From NCBI GenBank assembly GCA_976226885.1, contig OZ320317.1, positions 61,256,001 through 61,320,000 of the forward strand: a stretch of DNA of 64,000 nt. Reading direction: 5' to 3'. This DNA is from Iphione sp. A-MEVVRFRX5 (Eukaryota). This document shows, piece by piece, positions 51,301-64,000 of the stretch; position 1 is the stretch's first letter, and every line of letters begins with the position of its first letter. The notes beneath the pieces were generated by a model, which was not told where the DNA came from, searched no databases, and was given only the letters and a program-made list of their open reading frames with translations. The translations under genes were made by a program, and so were the position numbers.

Positions 51301-53524
51301 GCGAATTGCAGTTATTCTGTGTAAATCTTACTATGCCAGACTCTCAAAGTCATAGCCAAGGTGCTTAAAGTGGAAGTTGAACGATAGCGTGAGGAGAGGA
51401 ATTTGAAAGGATACATTATATATCTATGGAACTGTTAGGTAAGTTTCTCTGTGTTGAGCTCGTGTATGACGTAGAGTCCTCGTCGTTGAAATCCCGGTGA
51501 TCCACTTCCATTTAATATTGGCAAACTGGTCAGGCGATCAGTGGCAAATGTATTGGAACCTATCTTAGCCAGAGATGGCGAGTTGAGAGGACATTCAGGT
51601 GGGTGGAGGTTGGGGGGGGGGCAAACCCCTGCTACATTGGGAGCACGGCTAACGCAGGAGGATAAGGCAGGTGCTAGGTGGCGATTGCGATTGGAATAGC
51701 TCACGACCCTGGAGTAAGGCTTAGGTGTTTGGGATGGTGGTGGTGACGGTGCTGGTGGTGGTGCCGAAGGGTCGGGGGTGTACATGTAAGATGGGGTTGT
51801 AGGCGGGGCTTTCTTGATGGGATCAACTGGGATCTGACAAACTGATTTATGATCCAGATTCTCCAGCCTCGCCGCTTGGCGGTGGCGTCATGCTGCGTCA
51901 ACCGTTGATCAACCGGCCCAGGGGGGACAGCGCTGACCCCTGCCGGTTGGCGCCGGAGTGATGGATCAGCGCCCCCGAACGCCTTGCTCATGCACGACCG
52001 ATTGGGATCACTTGTATGGTTGTGTCTAGTAGTCGGCAAGTTGTTGGAGAAAGGATGGAGGGAATGAATTCACTTTGGAAAATACAGAAAAGAAAGGGAA
52101 ATAGGGCGAGAGAGAAACGCACAAAGAAACAGAAGCAGAGGTTGAAGGCTGTGAAGCATAGTAGGAAGGTTAGGGAGTTCGGGAGCAAGACGGGGAGACG
52201 GATAGAGCAAGACAGAAAGAAAAGTGAATTCAGAAAATAAGGGCATCGTACCTGCTAAGAACACTCCAGGAACGCATCTAAAAGGAATAGCTAGAAGTAC
52301 CTGTAAATGAGGTAGACATATCCGTAATGATTTTGTATTCGACTTGAAAACTATGCTGAAAACAGCGCATATATCTCATTACACTGGGAATCGCTTCTAC
52401 CGCAGAGCCTTATGAAAGGGCAAGTGTAAGCACTAGACAAGTCGCCATAAAGGAAGGAAGTTCCTGCCGTATCTTACTGTGTCGCAGAGTTAAATCCAAC
52501 ACCGCCAGATCCGCGTTGATATACTCGACAGACGGTAAGCCTGAGTTGTGGGCCAAATGGCATGCCTTGCCACTAATCCTCACCCAAATTTATCGAGGGA
52601 TTATAGTCGTCCATACTGTCTACAGGGGCCTTTCAAATAGCGCGCTCATAACACGATCAGCCAGTCACCTGGAACATGAATCACATTCGATCCACTTATC
52701 AGTTCTGCCCCTTCCTGTCTCTATCTCTCCCGCCTCTCTCTCCTTTTCCTCCCTCTCTCTTTCTTCTCTCTATCTGGCCCTTTCCCTCTGTTTACTACAT
52801 GTCTGAGTCCAAAGATTTGTGACTGTGGAATATATAATGTATTGTGGAAGTAGAGTTGGGTCCCATGGCCATCTACGCAATGTTGTCGGGCATTGTGATT
52901 TAGTACAGTGGATTGACCTGCGGGCCGTACTTGTAGGAGTGAGGCGGGCAGTGTCAGGCTCGAGGGCTGAGGGATTTCTCACAACTGTGATTACAGCGAA
53001 TATAAATGAGGCCCGGGGCTAGATAGGTAGGCTGGCCCAGGGTGCTATACCGCGCTGCATGGCAGATAGGGAAGTGGGGGCTAGGAATACTCCCCGACAT
53101 GACAGGGATAGCTCTGGCCCTGACAAACATGCAGGTGTAGGGGATTAGTATCTGCAGGGGATACTGCCTAGCCTCACTCTTTTTTTTATCAGAGGTATAG
53201 TGCCGACCGCGTGAATAATCCCTTAAACCTGTTCGGAATGAGTCGCTCGAGCGGAAGGAGAGCTACTCGGCTGAATGTGAGCTACTGCTCCTTGCCGACC
53301 TCTGTTGTTTGTACCACAAGGAGCCAGGTGACAGGCAGTTGAGAGGAGGGCCTCATTGGACAGGTCTATGTCTTCGGTAGAATACATGTTCGCTGTAATC
53401 CAAAACTCCGCCCCCCCCCCACCTTCCAAACGTTAGGGTAAGTAAGACCTCAACAGCCAACCTGCATGACAGGTAGTAGTAGTAGATGATTTTTCCGAAA
53501 GCAACCGCTATCACTGCTTTTCCT

Positions 53525-54470
53525 GTTGTTATTATTATTATTCAACTTTGTTAATTCTGGTAATATTCATATAAGAAGATGTATTTGCTACCAGATTAGT
53601 ACCAGCTAGCATAACTGCATTTGATTTACAAGATGTTAGTACTTATAGCTAATAATGTTGAGCCTTTCATTGATTGTTAAGACAGATTTTCTCTCGGTGA
53701 AGGTAAACATAATGGTGCTTACAGAGTTATACTTATTGGTATTTCTCAGTATAGTTATAATAATCACTGTTGTGTAAAATGACAGGATCACATCCTCATA
53801 TATAGATTTCTATAGTAGTTAAAGTTTAAAGATTAAAAATAAAGATTTTGGGCCTTGTCCGGCCTATGTCTACGGATAACATCCAGCTTGGATCCGTTCT
53901 TAAATTAGCATTGGTAGGTGATATACTTCAGATATAGTCATCATATTCACTATATATAAGCGTAGATCATAACGTATACGTTTTATGGTCAATAGTGTAG
54001 GATAACATCCATTTTTTACTGGGCTATTTACATTTTCTAATTGTTATCTGGAATGTGTTATATATTAAACACATTATAACTGCATGTCATCAGGGCATTT
54101 TCCAGGGTAACATGCCTGGTGATCATGACACTCTGAAGTTCCCTCTAATTTTCTTGCTTGTTCTAAGGCACTTCCAAACTGATTTCATTTGTTTTAGATT
54201 ATAATGAGTTTCAGTACAACTTAAACTTCTCCATATCTCCTGAAATCTGTACCTCACACTTCTTCGATAACCTTCTTTTCTTGGCCATACTATGTTCAAC
54301 TGCTTTCTAGTACTTTGTCTAGTCATCCTTAACGCTACTGTTTCGTATATTGGTTCAATTATAGTGGAATGAACACAGCCTAATCTCAGGATAATGGAGT
54401 CTCTAATTCCTTCCATTTCAGTTATGATTTCCTCTCTAGTTGGTGGAAGCGATGGTTTCATGCATACAGC
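53525..54470 (-). mobile_element. 3' fragment of a LINE related to elements A/B
   Basis: ORF 54123-54461 segment RMTRQSTRKQLNIVWPRKEGYRRSVRYRFQEIWRSL aligns with element B TRTRVGSRRRIKIPRPKSKSFTRSIRYKAACEWNGL. An (AAT)n tail lies at about 53529-53542 on the minus strand. Confidence 0.7.
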
Positions 54471-55219
54471 GTGTTCCGAGGGTTATTGTCATAAATAGCA
54501 GATATCAATCTTGCCCCATGGTTCATATTTTTTCAATTAAATGGGATACCTGTATACCATATGCCTCTTCATTTATTATATCTTTCATATTCATTAGCTA
54601 AACGTTACTCTTCGCAGTGCGGTGTAGTTTCGTGATATGTATACATTACAGACTCAAAACGCACACTCCTAGTCTGGAGAGCAGCTTGGCCGGCTCAATT
54701 TCTGAAGGCTCTTCACCATAACCGACCACATTTCGACCAACATTTCAAACGTACGCATGTTTCCAAGTAATTGAAATTTTGAGAATAAATGGTCATATTT
54801 TGGTTGGGAGCATACATGCTTAGGTGTAGGCTGGACGTGCACGTTCCCAACAAGCTCGGTCAGTGACTTCAATCAGCCACACAGATCCTGAGGGCTCTTA
54901 TACAAGTGTGGTGACGTGCTCTTTCTTTCATGCCTATTCCTTGGGGAAAGCTGACCCCCGTGGAAGAAGCGCAACTGTCATATGGTTGTTCATCGGTGAC
55001 AGAATGTACTTTATGGACTTCTGAAACAGAGCTATTAGGAAGGTGCTAGGCACAAGAAGAAGGCGGGTGGCAAGTTTCTCTCTATATATATTATTGTATT
55101 GAGACAACTAATCTATGCCATCTATGTCATTGATGATGATGAGGGAGCATGAATCATTCTGCTCACTAAAAATGCCCGTAACATTATGTATTACTTAATT
55201 ACTTAAAAGGTTTTACAGC

Positions 55220-55410
55220 CGGCTTACATGTGGCATCGAAAGGCCCGATGACAGGAAGCTGAAAATGCAGTCCTATAAGTACATAGTATTACCGTATTCT
55301 ACATTATCAGTCCAGGGAGGAGAACCGGAATGTATTTTCGCTAAGCCCCATACTTATCTCATATTTGGTATTGAACTGGGTGCTGAAATCAGCGCTTCCT
55401 GGTGAGTCTT
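55220..55410 (-). mobile_element. Possible decayed SINE
   Basis: ggtattgaactggg resembles the antisense of a B-box; ttacatgtggcatcgaaagg resembles a SINE body. Weak match. Confidence 0.25.
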
Positions 55411-56007
55411 CTGCTGGTTAGCCGCCCCTCCCCCAGCCGACGCCTGCTGTCTTCCTTTTGCCCCTAAGTGGCGCACCCTAACGGCCAAGTCGGCAATCAC
55501 GCCTGTAATAGCCATCTACCGATTTACGGCCAGGCAAGAGTCAGCGTTTAGGGCGCGTTCCCTCCACGCCCAGAACGAGACTGATGGATGGCTACAGATG
55601 CCGGGTTTAGCCGCCAGAGGGACCCATAGCTCAACCGCCAACGGCTTCTCTGAGAGAACGTTTTGTCAAACAATAGGGAAAGTGCGAGGAAATGGGCTAT
55701 ATTATGGTCTATTGACTGGAGGAAGCAGTGGCTGAAGACATTTATATGGTTTTGAAATGATGGTCGTGGACTCCGTTTTTCTTTTGTCTCGCCATTTGTC
55801 TCTCTCTGTTTTTTTCTTTTGCAGTACCTGTGTTTCAAACTGTCGATCTACCTGTATTCCTCTTACCATCGTGCCCTTCATGCCTCTCGCATGTTTGAAA
55901 GTATTTCTCTGTACCCATATCAACAGCATTTATGTCAGCTTTTCACGGTTTTTATATTGAAGGGTTCGCGTTCACAGTATAGAATGAGCATGTTTCTCGC
56001 TCACCCC

Positions 56008-56010
<3 letters not shown>

Positions 56011-56068
<58 letters not shown>

Positions 56069-56070
56069 CT
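56011..56070. repeat. Compound (CT)20(ATCT)5 microsatellite
   Basis: Read directly. Confidence 0.98.
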
Positions 56071-59000
56071 CTTATGCGTACGCACTTTCTTCTTGTCAGT
56101 GCCACTTTTCGGGAGTTTGAGTTGTATTTTATATTCAGTTCAGCCAATGACAAGGGATAGATTGAGTACTGTTGGCTCGAGCTGCGTTTTCTTTAAATCC
56201 TCTCAGACAAATCTGGCAGCCTCTGCTCCACACGAATGATGAAAAGTCGAAATTGAAAGATATGTATGAATAGAACTGCGTTAACAAAGCCAAAGGCTTA
56301 CTTCATAGTGGCAAATAAACGAAACTATGCTCACAGGCAGCCGCTCTCGTCTCGTAATAATTAATGGTACCCAATATTATGGTTCATATTCTGTACTCCC
56401 TGCTGTGCTTCTGTAAGTGGGGCCGTGTGTTCGTTTGCCCTAGCGAGATATGTCTTCATATATTTAAAGACGGTGGCTTTATTGAAGTAGGTCTTGGTTT
56501 TCTGCGTCTTTGAACCTTCAAGGTGTGACAAAGGTGGGGGGGGCAAAACCTTTCCTATCCTGAATAATTCACAGTGATCGTCATTTCTTGTCTCCTCACG
56601 AGGGATCCATTAACGTCGACCCTGCTGAGTGACTCTTTAACAAGGATTGTCACACGTTGGAAGCATTTAATGTGATCCCATTGAATCTCCCTGAGACGTC
56701 CTCCTATAGATGATAAGCTGATTTCCACTCTATTTACCATCTATATAGTAGGGTTAGTCAAGTCTGTGTAAACAGCTATTTAGCCGATATAGTTCTACTT
56801 ATTTTACAGAAAAGGTTGATGAACGTAATTATATAAGGCCTGTGTGACATCAGACCAAGGCAGCTCTCGTGATATACCTGTGTAACCCTCTGAAGATCAT
56901 GGCCAGAGCTTACACCAATCTCTCCAAATGTTCATGCATTTGATGCAATGTTATTCGAGAAAGGTAGAACAGACAGAGTTCAAAGAAGGACTTTGCTGCT
57001 GAAAATTCCGTATTTCTTAAAGACATGCCTTACGATTAACATATATATTGTTAACACTGTTCTGCTGGGGATCTCCTTCAGAAAATCTAGCTAGTGTCGA
57101 AGAACGTACATGCGTGTGCATTATTGGTACTTTTGATCAAGAGTATGGCATTTAATATGGAGAAAGCGAGCAGCTCGGTAGCGGGAGGGGTTACTCGGCG
57201 GGTGGGGCACTGGGGGCCGCCATAATTTGTAGCCGTATACGGCAGCGCATCACCCATTCGTACCTCACAATGGCCGCATCGTCCGTTACTCTGTACGTGA
57301 CTGTTATACATGATCCACCCCTGAGGCCCGTGTGGTCATATGAGAAGCGTCGGAGACCCAAGACCATAATTCCCCTGGGGGTCGCAGCCGGCACCATATA
57401 AGTGACTGCAATGGACAACCGCGGCTCATTAGGATACTCATATTTGACGTTCGTCTTATTAGTTCTCCTCTAACTGACTGTAATGTGACCTTTTGGCACC
57501 TGAATCCCTGTTTGAGAAAGCATTTCTGTTGGCTTTATTTAATCTTGCAATGGATATCCCTGCCCATCGTATTATGATGATCTGTCATCTATTCACACAG
57601 GGCTGAATAAGATAGCTTTGATCTGTTGAAAACGTACTCATTGAAATAAATCAAATGTCGCTTTACATAACATTTCTTGTTCCTTGCCAATGCTCCGCGT
57701 TTCTGCTAATGTCCACATTATGAAATTAAAACGAACTAGTGTGCACACTATTTTCTATGTGCTGAATTGCCCTTCGTTCTGGTAATGTCCACATTGTCAT
57801 CTCTCCGTATTGTGGCATTCGACTGTATGCTCTCTTCTTGAAAGGTCAAAATGTAAGTGCTTGCTACGCAAAAGTAGACAAAATGTACACAAGGATATAA
57901 ATTCGTTGATTTTTAAAGGATTCGTGTTGGCTCATTGCTCTATATGCCATGGGATCACTATGGCTTTGATTCGGAGCTGTTTTGTCGCTACTAGTGCCCA
58001 TCCATAGGACTCGGATATCACAGTCTTGGCCTTTGGTCAAATCAACTGGTCTCCACTCAGTTTACACAGTCAGTCAGAGGCAGCTGTTCATCGTTGTCTG
58101 CCGAAGACAACGAAGAGGAAAAACAGCACGAAAGCAAGCTGTCCCTTCTCTAGGTCGCCTCTTATGTAGAGATGTTAATCCAGTATACGAGTTAAGTCGT
58201 GACTGATTCTTTAGAGAGGTTCAGGGAACCAAGGACAGGCCCCCGGGGATAATTCGTCAAATGCTGGCGATCCAGTGGGGATCACATCCATCAAGGCTGC
58301 ACTCGAGGGTGGTATTCAGGACGCACTGAACGGATCATCGTGCAAGAGTTGATAACTTCTGGAATGAATGCATACGCCATCTAAACAGCGGCACTAGCTG
58401 TGTAAGTAGATACTCATCGGTTTACCGTGGGAAATCGGAGGTAGGCCAGGATCTCAGGCAATGGTTGGTTGAAGTTGAAGGAACGGTCGGCTAGAGAATG
58501 CGGAGGGCAATAGGTAGCGGCTGTGTTGACAATTAACCGCTGGAGGTAGGAGATGGCTGGCAGGCGGGCGGGCAGCACCGGGGTGGCACGAGTGATGGTT
58601 TGTGCACCACCGTGAGTTATCCATTACGAGACCGTAAATGGGATCACAGATTGCGTGCTGATAGTTGACCTGCAGCGACCTAGAAGAGATAACAGTCACC
58701 GCACCACTGAGCCGACCGCAGCCCAGCAACCTTGAGTCGTAGCAGATATAGGCAGCTTTCTCTCCTCTCCTTCCCTCTCTGTGTCTGCCTACCCGCCCAT
58801 GCATATATACTCATATACATCATATATACATGTACATGTATATTCCTATCCATTATCACATCATTTGCTGTTTAGGTCATACAATACGTATCCAATTCAG
58901 GTATCTATAGCGATTCTGCTGTTCTCTGCAAGTTATGTTAGCTCTAATCTGAAATGTACCAATGGCCATTGCCCTCATATCATATAACCAACTGTCATCG

Positions 59001-59756
59001 TTTTATCTCTTGACCCTTCTATCCGCACCGCCAACATAGAACCAGATATGACTCTACATTGTAATTACTGAACCACGACATTATCATTAATCAGTCTGCA
59101 GAGGATTGATAGATCAGAGACAGAATGAAAGCAGGACGTTACATCCAGGCAAAGTCGCACCCTCAGATTGCTGCAGTGACGAACTCGCATCTTTGTCTCC
59201 AACTGCCACCTCTGCCACCCACCCCCAATCCCTTCCTCACGCTTTGTTATTCTGTCTCCCCTGTTCGAACACCTTGTGTACAGTAATAACATGTTAACAT
59301 TGAAAGGCCTCCTTATAACATTACCGGTGGAGCTGTAATTGTGTAGAGCACTCTAGATTTGTTAGAATGGTAGGGTTTGGCTTTGAAGAGAAAGGCTTTG
59401 AAAGGCTTTGTATCTTATAAGATTAGTAGAAGACAGACGACTCCCAGAAAATGGAGAAGTGTTCAGTATAAGATTGATCCGGAAAGCAATTATGCTTGAT
59501 GCCCATCAGAAAAGAGTTGCAGCTCTGATAAAACATAGGACATTGAACATGTCGCATCATGTTTCAATGCGTTTTACGTCTCAGACGTTTCCTAAAGTAG
59601 CCGCGATCATTTTGAGAAACACTTCCGGCATTGCACGCAATATAAGAGTACGCCTTTAAAAGACAAGTGCTGTACTTGAAGACTCCGTGGTACACATCGA
59701 TGAATAACATAGCATGTTATTCAACGTTTAGCTGTCAGGACACCGGCTTACCAAGG

Positions 59757-59850
59757 TTCAAGATTCAAGATGTTATTGAGCACAAATGTCACCCTAGCTG
59801 GATGGATTTTCAAAGTGAGCTCAACACAGCTGCCCATGCATAATTCATAC
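59757..59850 (-). mobile_element. Isolated 3' end of a LINE/SINE
   Basis: The minus strand reads ttgagc...gctcAATAAcatCTTGAATCTTGAA: hairpin, AATAA and short tail, as in elements A/B. Confidence 0.5.
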
Positions 59851-60095
59851 TACTCCAATTTATCTTAAGGTTAGTAACAACTGAGAGAAAGAAAAACAAA
59901 AAACAAAAAGTGTCATTTGAAATCATCAGTAGTGTCTCTACCGAGGTAGTGTAAACGTAAAGGTAGTGTTTTGGAAGATTCGTATATGTACACGTATGTA
60001 TTTAAATAAGGATACCAGTAGGATAAAGACTAATCGCAGCATAAAGTCAGTCCACTGAAGAAAGGTTGTCAGTTGAAGTGATAAATATACTTACC

Positions 60096-60172
<77 letters not shown>

Positions 60173-60180
60173 AGAGAGAG
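60096..60180. repeat. (GA)n microsatellite, about 85 bp, lightly interrupted
   Basis: Read directly. Confidence 0.98.
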
Positions 60181-62248
60181 AAAGGGCAACCAGACATATC
60201 CGACTGGCGGACAGAGACTGAGAGGCATAGTTGTGATTGTGAGGATGTCAACACGCTGGTAAGAGCATGGTGCTTTCAAGTGACAGATTGCCTCTGTAAT
60301 CCACCTCACTCTGTCTTTCTTCCCGGACGACCAGGACGCCCCTAGCGGTGGCATCAGTAAGCAGTGATACAAGAGCGAGTGTGGCCTTTGTACCGTTGAC
60401 AAATTAACCCTCAGACTTCTGACAGAGCAGACTGTTCCTCTCCTTCGGGCGAACATGATAGCACTTTCCTCTCTGCTCTCTTAAAGGCCAAGCACAAGAG
60501 ACATTTATGTTCTGTATATTCAGCGGACGGGAACCGACCCCCAAATATATTGATAAATCAGCACACATTAAATACAAATTTCGTACTTCACCCTTCTGTT
60601 ATTTTGAACAGTCGCATCCATGGTGTTGGCACTCGCCTAACTTTGGAGCATGTATGATGCATCCCCTTTCACATACCACCCTGCTGTTGTACCATTTGTC
60701 CCTTCGACCCAAACTAACACTGAACTCATTGGCAATTTTAACGCACGCCCACATATACGATATTGCGTGTTAGCATAGATGATAGGCCACAAGCGCATCT
60801 GTATCTCTAGGAGACAAAATAGATATTGCTTTGAAAAACAGGTTCGATACCGGCTATTCACGGGAAATTGCTATCCCTTACTAGGTTTTCTTGAAGAAAG
60901 ACGAAATGTAGTACGCTTCTGTCTCGTTACATTGAGCCTGTGTGCTAAACAAAGAGCAGGACCATGAGATATCGGTAGATATCGTACTGAAAACTAGATG
61001 ACATACTAGTACCTACAGTTTGCTTTGTGAAACATTTGATTCAGGCATGGCATAAGTGGAGGCCTATGAATCCATGGAGATCTAAGAAGATGATGTGCTG
61101 AATAGATTTGTCACTGCTCTCAATTGAAAGCGTACAGATGTGTTGACCTTAAAGACACTTCAACATCATCACATGATTTACGCTATTCGACTAATCCATA
61201 TGCGTTCTGCAACAAATCAGAATAGGCTTATATCAACAAATATAAAAACTAACTCTCAAAGTATCATGCTGTGGCTATAGTGTGTCAAAACGAGAACGTA
61301 GATTTTTTTTGCACATCGTAGTTTGCAATCAGTGCTGCCAAACCGTGCTCCTTCGGTATTTTATGAGCAAAAGCTAATTGGACCCTCTTCTTTGTCACTA
61401 GCCGTACACGAAAGAATAACTCATTAGCACACGTTCGGCTAGTAAATACTCAGCAACATTACCAAATATCCAGGGTTAGTATGTGCTACTTTAAAGGCGT
61501 AGTCATTTTCACATGTTTTCCGTTTTGTACTAATGCCCAAACAAGATTTCAAGGTTGGCAGGCCACTCGTTCGTGTCCCGGAAACACCTTAGTGGGAGGG
61601 CAGATGTAAGGTCGAACAACGAAGCCAGGAAATCGTACGTCAGTCGCGCGAGTGAAAGACCAGGGTGTTCTATTTTTAATAATGTGACTCTCAGTAAAAT
61701 GTAGAGCCTCCTATCCAGACCACGTTTATATTGCTCCTTCTTTTTTCATTTTTTTAATATATGGGCCTTTTAATCTGAAATTCCCTCAAAGGTTCAGGTA
61801 GTACTCGATATATGCCGGTTAACAAGGTTATTAGTTTAGCATTATGCTTGGAATTTGTTTATATGGTTGTAGATTTAATTGCTGATAGCCCCATTTGGAT
61901 GTATTCTTTTTTTTACCGAACTCTGGCCATATCACAACGCCATAGACTCTATAGGAGTGAGGCTTTAACCATACGTTACGTGTATGGGATAAGAGTTTGT
62001 GTCAATATCAGCATTAGAGATACATGTAAACATTAATAAAATAATATGATAGAATACAACGATTCCCTGTTCTCTCCATTTCACCTACTGTTAGTAAACC
62101 ATACAATACTCCTTCAGGATTAACGTCATGCGAAAGTGGTGTTCAATGAGAAATGTACAGTATACTTAAAATTCGACCGCCCTTTTCTCCTCCATTATGC
62201 CATGTCATATATATTATGTAGCTGTAATATGTTTTTGCTTGTCTGCAG

Positions 62249-62302
62249 GCACGGCGTTCGCAGTCCAGTGGGAGTCTGTGTATCTGCAGGACCACCAGCT
62301 AG
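62249..62302 (+). CDS. PLXDC1/2: PLXDC-family coding exon (G-TAFAVQWESVYLQDHQL-G)
   Basis: Acceptor tttttgcttgtctgcag, donor GTGAGA, 54 bp, phase 1/1. Matches PLXDC [20 protein letters not shown] and continues the frame across a 21 kb intron. Confidence 0.9.
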   Translation, partial: ARRSQSSGSLCICRTTS

Positions 62303-63039
62303 GTGAGAGTTAAACTTTTAAAATATACAGACCACACTTTATTCAGTGCCTCGAAAGCGTTTACCTTTCATTCTCACGGCTTCTGTTTTCAATACGTTTA
62401 CTGTCATCCTGCACTTTCTTTTGGCTTTTCCTGTCCTATGAAATATTGTCTTCGAAGGGTTAATTTCACTAAAGGTCCAACTCCAGGCACATTGTTCTCA
62501 TGAAGTGTGAGTATCCCCTACCCCATGGCAGCTGTTTTGCCAATATGGTACGTTGGCATGATGAAGCACAGGTTAAATGTGAATCTTCTGTTACTAGAAG
62601 CAGTATGCTTGCTGTAGTGATCTGTAAAAAATACCTTGCTCTTCTGCTTTCAGTTTCAATAAAAGGTTTTAACAGAAAACGTTCCAAAGTCAGGGATCGA
62701 TCCAAAATGGGTACTCTGTGGAGCACTATTGAGATGTTAGTATTTGTCACAAACTATATCAATATAGCATAGATCACCATAGATAACATCAGATGTTTCC
62801 CTGATGATGTTTGGCATGGACCGTGGAAGTGATGTCCAGTCCCCTAAGGGCGTTTATTGGGGGAGATGGGGACCAAAAGGGCTTATGTTTGGGGATCTAA
62901 ATTGGCCCCCCTTACCCGAGAGCCCCATTAAAGTACTCTTTTTTGTCTGAATTTTCTGTGAACGTGCTGATATTAATTCACTTCTGCACTCTGAGAACAG
63001 ATGTATTGACTGTTTACCAATGCTTATTTGTCGTTCAAG

Positions 63040-63101
63040 GTCCTTTCACCTTCCAAGCGGTTTTACACAAAGATGGCCACGTCGTATTCGGCTACAAACA
63101 G
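63040..63101 (+). CDS. PLXDC1/2: PLXDC-family coding exon (G-PFTFQAVLHKDGHVVFGYKQ)
   Basis: Acceptor tttgtcgttcaag, donor GTCAGT, 62 bp, phase 1/0. Matches PLXDC [21 protein letters not shown]. Confidence 0.92.
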
Positions 63102-64000
63102 GTCAGTATGAGGATGCTATTATTCCTTAGGCTGTTAACTTGAACAGTCACTCCCTAAAACCTGTCGGGAGTTAGTAAGAAACTTAGAACATGTACGAAG
63201 GTGCTTAGACCAGGAAAAAATCATTCATAAAGCTGTATAACCGGTTACTTGCATCTTTAATGTGCCAACTTGAAACCATATCGATAAAGAAGCTGTCAGC
63301 TAATGGTTCTGTTATCAGGGACAGGAAGTACATTCTTTTTTCAAGGTTTTGAAGTGTAAATTTAAAGTGCTTCAGAGCAATCGTTGTGTTTAACTGCTAT
63401 AATATTATCGTTTAAACTACTAAATTAGTTATCTAGTTAAGGCCATTATCATTTAACATTTTTGGTGTTTCTTAATATAAAAATGTCTAAAATATCCATC
63501 CCGCCGGGTTCCCTCTAGGTACTCGTCCACAGTGTACATATATTTAATATGGACACCTCTTTTATTCATTGATTTCTACCTAAATAAGCCGGTGGGAGCT
63601 GCTTAGTGGATTTACTACCTCCAGATGCTTCGGGCGACAGTAGGGGGCTCTCTCGGGTCTCCAATCATTGAAGTACCACCACTATGGAGGCCAATTACAG
63701 AGACATTCAGATAATATATATGACGCGAAATACTCCCCCCACCCACTCTTACTATTGGTTGAAGCTGTAGTTTTCTCACTGTGCCACTGCCAGTGCCAAC
63801 ATGTCTGTTTCATAAGCACTCAAGACGAATGCCTGCTACTCATAAATTCCGATTCATAAATTCTTGTCCCTTTCTTGTTCTCTACTGTCCCTACTTCTCC
63901 TCTTTACCTGACATCCCGCCTGTGTCTAAATCCAATCCTCAAAATGACGTGAAGGAATGCTTGCAGCAGTTCCAGCTGTTGTATTGTATAGCATTGTATT

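Noticed and set aside
51850-52250. K/R-rich ORF 52016-52240 as a gene
   Set aside because: It reflects a purine-rich tract with short similarities to the decayed LINE near 16.4 kb, so it is probably TE-derived.
61491-61772. TTAA-flanked segment suggesting a Kolobok/piggyBac MITE
   Set aside because: Terminal inverted match is only about 4 bp.
63905-63970. IPPVSKSNPQNDVKECL resembling the next PLXDC exon (IPV..HPVKVGL)
   Set aside because: No AG acceptor in front and the GLSDAF motif is absent.
1-64000. CRISPR arrays, rRNA, genuine tRNA genes, prokaryotic operons or defence systems
   Set aside because: None seen. The spliced gene and LINE/MITE content show the window is eukaryotic, and the 41- and 64-bp repeats have no spacers.

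Overview
This is eukaryotic genomic DNA; no rRNA, tRNA, CRISPR array or operon is evident. Base composition, repeat types and the gene found fit an invertebrate deuterostome, most likely lancelet (Branchiostoma), but that is inference. The one host gene I can support is a plexin-domain-containing protein (PLXDC1/2 / TEM7 family) on the + strand. Four coding exons (39819-39888, 41036-41158, 62249-62302, 63040-63101) splice in frame, with introns of about 1.1, 21 and 0.7 kb; I could not locate the upstream or downstream exons in the window. The rest is mostly transposon-derived. It includes two young, 5'-truncated L2/CR1-superclade LINEs lying head-to-tail (about 31585-33351 and 33385-35876), about a dozen decayed LINE fragments, a DIRS-like gag remnant, four pogo/Tigger-type TA MITEs, SINE-like pieces and microsatellites. 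Other candidates are an antisense LRR-protein pseudogene (about 14270-14921) and GC-rich promoter/CTCF-like islands. I found no convincing new biological system. The best leads are the paired LINEs with a covarying 3' stem-loop, the LRR pseudogene and the promoter-like islands. Most ORFs in the supplied track look like chance or TE debris.
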